Below, one piece after another: positions 7,928 to 17,600 of a DNA stretch of 60,025 nucleotides. Location of the stretch: the NCBI GenBank assembly GCA_000246735.1, contig CM001443.1, positions 325,278 through 385,302 on the forward strand, read 5' to 3'. Made by a program: the position numbers and the translations under genes. Each line of letters opens with the position of its first letter. The stretch's first letter is position 1. Source of the stretch: an uncultured Candidatus Poseidoniales archaeon. GTDB lineage: Archaea; Thermoplasmatota; Poseidoniia; Poseidoniales; Poseidoniaceae. The notes below the pieces were generated by a model. That model had not been told where the DNA came from. It saw only the letters and a program-made list of their open reading frames with translations, and did not search any database.

Positions 7928-9907
7928 ATGGAAACTGTACTCATTATGTCCGGCCTTATGGTCGCCACCCTCCTCATCACTGCAAACTACCTTGTGAAAG
8001 GCATTGGGGGCATGAGCGCCCCTCTGCAACAGATTGGTCTTTTCCTTCTCAACAAAGCTCCGGCAGGCATCATCGATCTGTTCAGCGATGAAGCAGGAAG
8101 CGGCAGCAAAACATGGATTCGCTTCGGTATGGTTTGGTTCCTCCTTGCATCAATCGGAGCCTTCCTCGGTCTTTGGCACAGTTACGATGGCGCTGCTTTG
8201 GATTCCCTCGCAAGCATTGGCTGGTCCTACGACGACGGTTCCATGCTCACGGATTACACCAATGTGTTTTTCCACACTGCCTTGAATTACATGCTTGTTG
8301 GTGGTGCTCTTGTAGCAGTCGCACGAACAGCAAAGGGGCGTCTTGCAAGTGAAAAGAGTGCATCCATGGTAGCACTCCTCCTCACTGCTTCAACCGCAGC
8401 CTACCTCGCTCTTCCGGCGCTTCTTTCCTTTGTCTCGCTTGACAATGAAGCTGGCATCATCGAAGGCGTCACCAACGTGTCCTCCCTTGTCGTAGGGTCC
8501 TTGCTTCATGTGGCGATTCTGATCAACGTTTTGATCACCGTGGCAAACCGTGAATCCGACGACCTTTCACCAACGACCTGGTTCCTCGTGCTTGCATTGG
8601 TAGCCAAAATTTCCGCAGGACTGATTGCCTTCTTCGGCGAACTGGCAGGCTCCACTCAAACGGTCTGGATGGCTGAGCATGTCCTCACTGGCTGGGTTCC
8701 TTTGGCCCTCATCTTCGGACTGGCTTACCACATCATCCCATACACCACCGGATCACCGATTTGGTCTGAAAGCATGCTGAAGGTCAACATGGCTCTCCTG
8801 TTTGTGACGGTTCCACCGTTCTTTATGACCGCAGCTACGAGCGCTGAGTTGTTGCAAAACCTTGGTGCTATTCTCCTGACACTTGGTATGCTTCCACTCT
8901 TTGCAGGTTCAGTCAACCTGCTCGTGACCGCAAAGTCGAACGCTGCTGCAGTGGTCAAGAGTCCTGGCGCATTCGCTGCAACCGGCGCTATGCTTCTCAT
9001 CCCAATCTACACCATTGGCGGTTACTTCACAAGCATGGATGTCTTTGTCGGCCTCGGCAATCTTGGCACCATGGCTACAACCGTTGATCAAGGCTTCATG
9101 TACACCGTTGGAGGATTGATGATGCTCGCAAGCGTCTTCACGGCCTACCCATTGGCAAGCGGAAAGCAACTTGCGAATGCCTCAAATGCCCAACTCGCCG
9201 TTTGGCTCACTATGATTGGGGGACTCACCTCAACCATTGTTCGCCTCATGGGCAATTTCACCTCACAAGCAGTGAGTAACTCAGGTGTCGAAGACGCAGT
9301 GGCCTCTACAGGCGGCTTCCTCCTTGTGTCCTCTGCTTTGTACTACCTGTGTGCGATCGCAGCCATCATGGCAGCGCTCGTGATGATTCGTACCGGCACC
9401 CGTGGCAATGCAGACGCAGCTACCACAACCGCAACCAGCGACATCAATGCCTACTCTTTGGTCGAAGGGACCACTACCATTCGTACCCTTCTCAGTCTAG
9501 GTGTCGGCATCGACACCGAACTCAACGTTGGTCACACCGAGGATGATTCTGGTGCTACCATCATTGCAGTGGGTGCACATCTTCACAACGATGAGGTCAC
9601 AGAGTTCCCAGCTGAGGCAAAGGAAACGCCTGAAGAACTGGTCATGCTCGCAGATTACCTTTCCCAATCAGACCAGTCGATCTTCCAGTTCTTCCAGTCC
9701 ATTGACTTGGACAACTCTGGCACAGTTGATGGATTTGAATTCCAGAGAGCCCTCAAGAACGCAGACATTGCGAACCTCCCTCCATGGGAAATGGGAGCCT
9801 TGCTCGAAGCAGTCGATCTTGACGGTGATGGAAAAATCAACTTGCCTGAACTTGACATCGCTTTGACCATGATCCGAAGCAAGCAATCCTCCAACGAGGA
9901 AGAGTGA
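7928..9907 (+). CDS. Polytopic (about 12-14 TM) membrane protein with a C-terminal pair of EF-hand Ca2+-binding loops
   Basis: Continuous hydrophobic helices across the first 500 aa. Canonical EF loops are DLDNSGTVDGFE (9704-9739) and DLDGDGKINLPE (9815-9850). WMAEHVLTGW...GLAYHIIPYTTGSPIWSESML resembles helix VI of heme-copper oxidase/NOR subunit I. Confidence 0.75.
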   Translation: METVLIMSGLMVATLLITANYLVKGIGGMSAPLQQIGLFLLNKAPAGIIDLFSDEAGSGSKTWIRFGMVWFLLASIGAFLGLWHSYDGAALDSLASIGWSYDDGSMLTDYTNVFFHTALNYMLVGGALVAVARTAKGRLASEKSASMVALLLTASTAAYLALPALLSFVSLDNEAGIIEGVTNVSSLVVGSLLHVAILINVLITVANRESDDLSPTTWFLVLALVAKISAGLIAFFGELAGSTQTVWMAEHVLTGWVPLALIFGLAYHIIPYTTGSPIWSESMLKVNMALLFVTVPPFFMTAATSAELLQNLGAILLTLGMLPLFAGSVNLLVTAKSNAAAVVKSPGAFAATGAMLLIPIYTIGGYFTSMDVFVGLGNLGTMATTVDQGFMYTVGGLMMLASVFTAYPLASGKQLANASNAQLAVWLTMIGGLTSTIVRLMGNFTSQAVSNSGVEDAVASTGGFLLVSSALYYLCAIAAIMAALVMIRTGTRGNADAATTTATSDINAYSLVEGTTTIRTLLSLGVGIDTELNVGHTEDDSGATIIAVGAHLHNDEVTEFPAEAKETPEELVMLADYLSQSDQSIFQFFQSIDLDNSGTVDGFEFQRALKNADIANLPPWEMGALLEAVDLDGDGKINLPELDIALTMIRSKQSSNEEE

Positions 9908-9920
9908 AGCCACTGAGGGC

Positions 9921-11213
9921 GTGAACAAGGTGCGTATCGGCCTTGTCGGCAAACCAAACGTAGGGAAGTCGACCTTCTTTAGCGCTGCAACATTAGCGAA
10001 GGTTGACATTGCCAACTATCCTTTTTGTACGATTGAACCAAACGTCGGGGTGGCTTTTGTTGCTGCCCGCTTGCCCTGTCCTTGCAAGGACATACGAGAA
10101 AAGCTCGAACAAGAAGGGCGCCTCGAGCCAGCATCCCAAGATGACCCTCGTCGAGGGAGTTTGTGCGAGCCGAGAACTGGTTCGTGCATCGGCCACATGC
10201 GCCTCGTTCCTTGCTTCTTGGTGGACATCGCTGGCCTCGTTCCAGGGGCAAGTGAAGGACGAGGTAGAGGAAATGCATTCCTTGCTGACCTCGCCAACTG
10301 CAACGCATTGATTCAAGTTGTTGATGCAGCAGGGAGCACCGATTTAGAAGGCAATCCACAGGGGCACAACCAAACAACAGAGGTGGCCCGTGCTCGCGTC
10401 ATTGAAGAGATTGAATTTCTTGGTTTGGAACTCGATGCTTGGATTGCTGGCTTGTTGATGGATGGATGGGTGCGAGGCGTTCGACGCGTCCAAGCGGAAG
10501 GCGACAAGGGCCTTGTTTCTTTTATTCACGAACGCCTTACGGGGCTTGGGGCAACCTTGCAATCCGTTGGATTGGCCCATGAAGCGTTCCGCTCGCAACA
10601 CACAACGCTTGGCTCACCTTGGGATTGGGATCTCTCAATCATTGCCTCGCTTGCTGTGCACTTGCGAAAGGCGTTGTTCCCAATTCATATCGCAGCCAAC
10701 AAATTTGATGTTGCGCCAGCACAAGTCTTGGATGGCGTGGTTGCAAATGGATGTATTATCCCATGTATGGCTGATGTTGAACTTGGCCTGCGTCGTGCAG
10801 CTGGAGCCGATCTCATTGAGTACACTCCCGGCTCAACCACCTTCTCATTCAGCGATTCCACTGCGCTCAACGAAGCCCAATTGAAGGCGCTTGATCACAT
10901 GAAAGAGCGGCTTGAAACGAACGCTGGCACTGGCGTGGCGACCATGCTTGACACAGTTCTGTTTGACGAGTTAGAACACATTGTGGTGTATCCAGTTCAA
11001 GACGAGAATCGGTGGACAGATGGCGATGGAAAGCTCCTGCCCGACGCGTTCGTTGTACCTGCAGCCATACAAGCCAAAGCTCTGGCATACAAAGTTCACA
11101 GCGACCTCGGTGACGGATTCATCCGTGGCGTTGATGGCCGAAGTCGGAGGGTTGTCGGTGCAGAACACGAACTCCAAGATGGAGACGTGTTGAAGATCCA
11201 CGCCAAATCGTGA
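9921..11213 (+). CDS. Obg-family GTPase, YchF/Ygr210-like, with a C-terminal TGS domain
   Basis: P-loop GLVGKPNVGKST, G3 VDIAGLV, a Cys-rich insertion, and a C-terminal DGDVLKIH TGS-like end. Confidence 0.85.
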   Translation: MNKVRIGLVGKPNVGKSTFFSAATLAKVDIANYPFCTIEPNVGVAFVAARLPCPCKDIREKLEQEGRLEPASQDDPRRGSLCEPRTGSCIGHMRLVPCFLVDIAGLVPGASEGRGRGNAFLADLANCNALIQVVDAAGSTDLEGNPQGHNQTTEVARARVIEEIEFLGLELDAWIAGLLMDGWVRGVRRVQAEGDKGLVSFIHERLTGLGATLQSVGLAHEAFRSQHTTLGSPWDWDLSIIASLAVHLRKALFPIHIAANKFDVAPAQVLDGVVANGCIIPCMADVELGLRRAAGADLIEYTPGSTTFSFSDSTALNEAQLKALDHMKERLETNAGTGVATMLDTVLFDELEHIVVYPVQDENRWTDGDGKLLPDAFVVPAAIQAKALAYKVHSDLGDGFIRGVDGRSRRVVGAEHELQDGDVLKIHAKS

Positions 11214-11600
11214 TCAGTGGCCTTTTGGTCGGTCGTATGCTGGTGTTAAACGGGCCATGTCTCCAGAGTATTGGCCACCTCGGTAGATGAACCAGACCGG
11301 GGTTGCCAACGTGATTGCCAAGAGAAGGAGAAGGAAGTAGACGCCCCACGGTTGAATGTCCTTGAGCACCATGATCCACAGCGTCCACAGCAACGGAATG
11401 TAGAGGAAAATACTGTAGCGTCGGGCCATGATTTGAAGGCGAGCGCTGCCCAATCCACCATCATACATGTTCGCAGCCTCGTCTTTTGAGATGAGGCCTT
11501 TTTCGACACCACATCGGACACAAACTTGTGTGTTTGGCCCATTTCCATGGATGAATTGTTCACGTGGGTACGTGCTTGAACAATGACGGCAGGTTGGCAT
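11214..11600 (-). CDS. Zinc-ribbon protein with two C-terminal TM helices
   Basis: CRHC...CVRCG (CxxC x21 CxxC) followed by two hydrophobic helices. Confidence 0.5.
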   Translation of the reverse strand: MPTCRHCSSTYPREQFIHGNGPNTQVCVRCGVEKGLISKDEAANMYDGGLGSARLQIMARRYSIFLYIPLLWTLWIMVLKDIQPWGVYFLLLLLAITLATPVWFIYRGGQYSGDMARLTPAYDRPKGH

Positions 11601-11637
11601 GGTCTTCCCTCAATCCGTTCCACTCGCTCACGATTCT

Positions 11638-13833
11638 TCAAGCATCCGCTCTCATCCCGAGGAAATTGCTCAGCACATTGATTCCATTTTCCGAGCCAAC
11701 GGATTCTGGATGAAACTGAACACCAAAGATTTGCTTTTCTGGATGTTGGACGCCCATGATGTCCCCCGTCGTTTCATTCCATGCCACTTGATTGAGCGAG
11801 GAAGCGCCTTCATTGGTCAATACGAGCGAATTGTAGAGTGTGAATGAATGAGGCGAGGTGAACCCCTCGAACAAACGCCCATCGCTATGTCGGATGCTTC
11901 TTGGCGAGCCATGCACAGGCCCTGTTGGCACTTTGATAAGTTCCATTCCGGCAGCCAGCCCAAGTGCTTGGTGCCCCAAGCAAATTCCAAGAACAGGTTG
12001 TTCGATGTGCCCCTCGATTGCAGACGTGGCGATTTGCATTGTGATAGGCGAGTCTTTTGGCTGACCCGGCCCAGGTCCAAGCACAATGTGGCTTGGATTG
12101 ATTCTCGAAAGAATGGATTGTGCCTCATGCGCTTGCAGTGAGGCGGTGGAAGATCTCGACTGGTGAACGATGACATCGTGGCCCAATCCTGCAATGGCGT
12201 GTGCGATGTTGTGTGTGAACGAATCGAGGTTGTCGACTAAGAGCACGGCCCCTTCGGTTTCCATCGAACCGTCATCGATTCGGATTGAACCTTGCTCCGT
12301 TGCAACAGGTGCCGGCTCCACTTCGAGGGAATGAATTTCTAATTCACCTGTTGGGAGGCTTTCTCGTTGTTCAACATGCCAACCACACGCCTTGCGAAGT
12401 GCAGCAGCCTTCCATTTCGCTTCCTCTACTTCGCTTTCAGGTAATGATCCAATCGTGATTCCTCCACCGGCAGCAATCGCTCCAAACCAGCGTGCTCTGT
12501 CTTTTGTTGCGACCAACGTCCGAATGAGGATGTTCCAAGCGCAGGCGCCTGAATGAAGGTCAATCCAACCAATGGAACCAGTCCAGAACGAACGAGGTCG
12601 TTGTTCCAATTCGTCGATTGTAGCACACACGACGGTTCGTGGGCACCCTGTGATGCTTCCACCAGGGAACACCGCTTGGAGTGCATCGAGCGAAGTTTGT
12701 CCCTCGGATAGCGTTCCAACCACTTGTGAGACAAGGTGCTGAACATTGGCGTATGCTTCGACATCGAACCGTTCGATTCGAACGCCTCCAACATCACTGA
12801 CGGCTCCCAGATCATTGCGCATGAGGTCGACAAGCATTCTGTGCTCTGCTCGTTCCTTCTCATCGTTGAGCATTTCATTTCTGAGCAGCACTTCTGCCTC
12901 TTTGGTGGACCCACGTGGTCGAGTCCCCTTGATTGGTGCCGTTCGTACGATGTTGCCATTCGATTGGAGCAGCGATTCTGGCGATGAACTGACAAGCGCC
13001 AGTTCGAGGTCTTCGGCACAAAGGTATGCGGAAAATGGTGCAGGATTTGTCGTGCATAATTCCTCAAAGATTGTTCTCGGGTGTCGACTCAGTTGCCCTT
13101 CCCACCAACGCCCAAGATTGACTTGGTAGAACTCACCCGCCGCAATCCCTTCTCTGATTGCTTCAATGCCTTGCTGATGCTCTTGATCTGTTAAGTTGGA
13201 AGTCTCTTGATGGGGGTTTTCATGCGAGTTGACACCTTTGTACGGCATGGTTTGGACGCTGTTTGCAAGTGCTGCCCAGTCATCACCATCGCATGCGAAC
13301 GCTGTGATGTCCCCATCGCTCTTTCGTTCCGCAGCGAAGCGTTCAATCAACCAGAGAACCGCCAGGATTTCTCCTTCTTCGGGCGGGTGCTGCAAGGCGA
13401 GTGGCTGGGTCCATTGCACGAGGTCATAGGCGAGGGTGCCCGACCAGAATGGACGGGTTGGTAAGCCATTGGTTGGTGTTGGAAGGAACGGTTCAGGGTC
13501 TGACAATTCCTGCAATTTTCCTAGCAAGTCTGCCATCGTTTCTCCAAAAATCGATGTGGCATGATACCAGCAGCCATGTTTCCACTCCTCAACATGGCCG
13601 ACCAGTGGTTGGGTTTGCTTTGCGAGGTGAATTTCGCCTTTGCTCGGTTTGTGAGGGGAAGCCGGTGGAATGTTCGGTTGACGAACGATGAACCTTCGTT
13701 TCGATGGGCCACACAGGATCGAGTGCTGGGAGAGATGAGATGCAGGACCGCCAGAAACCATGACCATTTGATCAGGGCCACCGTATCGAATTGCTTTGTC
13801 ACCGAGTAAACCAACCTCTTCGAGTTGCCTCAT
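11638..13833 (-). CDS. Fused aminodeoxychorismate (or anthranilate) synthase, component I (N-terminal) plus glutamine amidotransferase component II (C-terminal)
   Basis: Chorismate-binding motifs SSPESLL, PIKGTRPRG, FPGGSITGCP, GSIGWID. GATase triad motifs GICLGHQALG and VQFHPES. Confidence 0.85.
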   Translation of the reverse strand: MRQLEEVGLLGDKAIRYGGPDQMVMVSGGPASHLSQHSILCGPSKRRFIVRQPNIPPASPHKPSKGEIHLAKQTQPLVGHVEEWKHGCWYHATSIFGETMADLLGKLQELSDPEPFLPTPTNGLPTRPFWSGTLAYDLVQWTQPLALQHPPEEGEILAVLWLIERFAAERKSDGDITAFACDGDDWAALANSVQTMPYKGVNSHENPHQETSNLTDQEHQQGIEAIREGIAAGEFYQVNLGRWWEGQLSRHPRTIFEELCTTNPAPFSAYLCAEDLELALVSSSPESLLQSNGNIVRTAPIKGTRPRGSTKEAEVLLRNEMLNDEKERAEHRMLVDLMRNDLGAVSDVGGVRIERFDVEAYANVQHLVSQVVGTLSEGQTSLDALQAVFPGGSITGCPRTVVCATIDELEQRPRSFWTGSIGWIDLHSGACAWNILIRTLVATKDRARWFGAIAAGGGITIGSLPESEVEEAKWKAAALRKACGWHVEQRESLPTGELEIHSLEVEPAPVATEQGSIRIDDGSMETEGAVLLVDNLDSFTHNIAHAIAGLGHDVIVHQSRSSTASLQAHEAQSILSRINPSHIVLGPGPGQPKDSPITMQIATSAIEGHIEQPVLGICLGHQALGLAAGMELIKVPTGPVHGSPRSIRHSDGRLFEGFTSPHSFTLYNSLVLTNEGASSLNQVAWNETTGDIMGVQHPEKQIFGVQFHPESVGSENGINVLSNFLGMRADA

Positions 13834-13859
13834 GAAGGGGAGAATCAGTTCTTCGATGC

Positions 13860-14645
13860 TTAGGCCCCCACATCACTCCATGCGTTCTTGTTTTCATAGT
13901 GTTGGGTTAGCAAACTTTGACATTTTATTGCAAAGCCGTGGTTTGTGCTGATTTGTTCACCATCTATGGACTCGATTTGTGCTACTCCAAGGCCACTCCC
14001 TACAGCAATAACTTCAATCGCTCGTGCAACCAATCGCTCATTCAACCGGCCCCGTTGTACTGGAATGCCATGTGCTTCCAAAAGAGGTGCGAGAATTTCT
14101 GCTGTAATGCCGGTGACGCCTCCATCCGCAGCGTCAGACAACCACGCCGTGCTGTCCTCATCAAACACGATGGGGGTGGCTCGATCGCCGTCGACAATGG
14201 CGTATTCATGGACAAGCAGGGCCAGGTCTGTTCCAGCATGATCTGCCTTCTGCCTCGCATCTCTGTATGGCTGCCAATCCCCGTGCTTCGTCCCATTCAC
14301 CTTTGGCGACCAGCGCGGCGCTTCAACCGTGATTGCTTCAACGCTTTCGTTACGTATTGAGAAGGAGCGTGGTTGTACGTTGATTGTTCCATCACGCGCT
14401 AATTCCAATCGAAGGAGCCCCATCGGTTGGCATGTGGGATGTTGATCCTCGAATTCGAGCGTTGCAAGTGCTTCTGCTATTGATCGCTTCATGTCCGCAG
14501 GCCACTCAATTCGTAACCGTTTGGCGTGATGTTGCATCCGCTCAAGGTGTGCATCGAGGTCGGCTATACACCGTGCTTGGTCCCAAACCATCGTGGTGAA
14601 GACCAAATCACGAGGACTTGCGCCGACTCCTTCAGACATTGTCAA
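13860..14645 (-). CDS. Class IV aminotransferase-fold protein, probably aminodeoxychorismate lyase (PabC-like)
   Basis: Fold-type IV pattern (HLERMQHHAKRLRI, NGTKHGDW, GGVTGITAEIL). Sits directly upstream of the fused synthase on the same strand. Confidence 0.6.
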   Translation of the reverse strand: MTMSEGVGASPRDLVFTTMVWDQARCIADLDAHLERMQHHAKRLRIEWPADMKRSIAEALATLEFEDQHPTCQPMGLLRLELARDGTINVQPRSFSIRNESVEAITVEAPRWSPKVNGTKHGDWQPYRDARQKADHAGTDLALLVHEYAIVDGDRATPIVFDEDSTAWLSDAADGGVTGITAEILAPLLEAHGIPVQRGRLNERLVARAIEVIAVGSGLGVAQIESIDGEQISTNHGFAIKCQSLLTQHYENKNAWSDVGA

Positions 14646-14648
14646 CCC

Positions 14649-17600
14649 TCAAAGCAAGTCATCGAGGAACGAGGTGTCGATGCCTTTGGTTTGCTGCGGT
14701 GGAGCGGTTCCGACACCTAATTCGTTGAGTAATTCGTTGTTTTGAACCGGTTGCATAACCGGTTGTGCAGGCTGGTAGGCTGGACGGCCATAGATGTCCT
14801 GTTGTGTGGCAGGTTGAGCATACATGTTCGGTGCTGGCGGTGTTGGTGCAGCAGCAGTCGGTGGAGGTGAAGATGGTGGAGCTGCAGCAGGTGCATCGTT
14901 CCAGCTTTGGTCATCTTGCAATCCCCATGTGGCTTCTTGGAGTTCCCACGACTTTGCCTTTCGTTGTTGGCTGCCTCGTGTTCGCACAACGGCGATGAAG
15001 AGGAAGATGGCCATGATGAACAGACCTGCGGCCAAGAGATTCGGGGTTGTCAAGAGCGATGAGAAATCGGTTCCATCGTTTGCATTATCGTCACCCAGTG
15101 ATGTGCCATCATTGGCTTGGAAAGCACCCAATTGAATTGGATTGACCGCTTCCTTGGTGACGAGTTCGTCAAACGGTGTGACTGCGATGTACCACGAGGT
15201 AGCGTTGGTCAACGCTGCGAATTGATCCACCGTGATGATGAATGAGTTCGAAGTGATTGCATCGCCCACCATCGTTGCGCTTGAGACTCCATCGAAGCTC
15301 TCCTCAGCGATGTACACTTGGTACCCTCGAATCCTTTGGTCGGTGGAGAGGGACCATTCGACCAGAATCTTGCTCTCGTCGACCCATGCAGCACTGACGC
15401 CAGTCACTTCAGGCAGGTACGAGCCAGAAGCATCGTAGCCATCATCGATTGATTGCGAAGATACGGCGATTAAATCGGTTGTGAATGCGTTACCAGAGGT
15501 GTCTCGAACCACCACAACGACCCAGATTTCTTGACCTGGAATCACTGGAGTATCGCCTGCCACTATGTCGATTGTAAGTGGGAGTTCAGGCGCTCGTTCG
15601 AGGGTTGCAATCGGTGTGCTTGGGCCAAGTGTTCCCTGTCCTACGCTTGTGAATGACCAGGTTGCGGCATAGACTTCGTATGAACCAACGTCACTTGCGG
15701 CGCTTAATTCAAAGTCCAGTAAGAGCGCACTTCCGTCATCGAGTGCTCGGTCGGTGAGGCTCAAGGCTTCAAGACGGTCGGGGGCAGTGATGTCGAGTGC
15801 GTTATCGATCGGTGTCACAGTGGCCTGTGTAAGGTCGGTAAGGAACACGTTTCCTGCCAAGTCATGAACGGTGACGACAACGTACAGTTCAACATCGGGT
15901 TGAATTGGCTGGGGTGTGGTTTGTGTGATGTCCATGAGTCCACCAGAACCACTGTACAGGGCTGTTGTCAATGTGACTTCAAGCGGACTGAATGATTCGT
16001 CAACCCATTGCTTGTTGACTTTCAGGCAACCACATCGGGTTGGGTCGTCGCCAAACAAAGCCCATGCCACTGAGAGGTCGGTCAATGGTTGGTCGGCTGC
16101 CCAAATTGTGTAGTGGGAGAAATCATCAGCATCAGAAACAGACCACAAGACATCAATGGAGGTTCCATCATCGCTTGGATGATCAAAGGCTTGGATAAAT
16201 TCGGTTCGGTCAGGAGGTGTTGGTTGGCCGTTTTGATTCCGGAGGGGGGTCACTTGAATGAGGTCCACATCATCCAGATTCGCGTTCAACCAATCATCGT
16301 ATGCAACCACGCCAACGAGGTACATTTGCCCGTCTTGGAGTCCTTCACCGTCGATGCTCGTGACCAAGGTTGAGTTTTCATCGCAATCGTTGATGATCTT
16401 CGCTTGTGTGAAGCCCATTTCCGAATCGACGGATGAAGATGTTCCGTCAAAGTCCGTTGGGATAATTTCCCCGTCTTCCACGGCCCTCATGAAGATGGCA
16501 TAGAATGTGCAGTCTTCTGCAGGGTTGATGTCCCATGAAACGGTGATGCGTCCACCATCATCTTCCGGTGTGTCGATGGCGTTGACATTTTCCATCTTTG
16601 GAGGGGCGGTGTTGTCATTCAGGCCACCTGTTGGAACAAAGGGTCCGACGATGAGGGCGTTCATGATGTCTTCTTGGCCGGCTTCATCAACACAGGTGAG
16701 TCCAAGCCAATACGGCTGACCAGGTGAAAGCGAAAGAACGGTTGAGTTTCCTTCCATCTTCATAACTTCGCCCTCGGGCGTGAGGCCGAGAACATCGGTC
16801 ATTGGTTGTGTCGAAGCATAGATGTTGGTTTGCAGAAGGTCAAGGCTTGTGCAGCGAGCCCATTCTACGTCCAAGTCGCCATCTTCGCCCCCTTCGTGAG
16901 GTCCGGCGTCAGCCCAGATCGGCGGCAACGGCACTTCGTCAGACGGGGTTGCAGGTCCAAGAACAGGCGATGGGGTGCCGAGGCGTCCATCATCGTATTC
17001 AACGACCACAACAGCGTAGTAATCGTTTCCATCGACGAGCGGTTGACCATTGGAGGTGGTGACTTCGCTTGAGAGTCGACTGTGAAGGGAAATGGCTTTG
17101 TCGATGGTTCGAGTTTGTAGGAAGGTGGTGCTGATTCCCCCGTCGAGTGACCAGACAGGTCCATCGTTGACATAGATGAGGTAGCGAGCGAAGTCATCAT
17201 CGTGAACAAGGCTCCATTCTGCAGTTAAAGCCCCGCCGCCATCATCGGGTCGGTCCATCAGTTCAGTCAATGTAACTGGAGTTTCAGTCTTGACATAATC
17301 GTAAATGAGGCGAACATGCATGGACCCATTGGTTGGTGAGCGGAGGTTCAACTGAACAAATTGCGTTCCGTTGATGATGATTCCATTGTCAACGGCGAGT
17401 TGCATCGTTGTCTCGAAGTCAGCATTGTTGTTGAGTTCAATCGTAGCGTTGTACTTCATGCTTACAGATTTCGCCCATGTCGCTGCGTTGTTGACAGGTG
17501 AGGTGAATGCAAGCGGGACCGTCTGGAACGTGATGCCATTGGTGCCGACAACACCGAGGGTTGGGTCGAGTGCGGCGGTGTTGGATAGGTTTGCAAGAAC

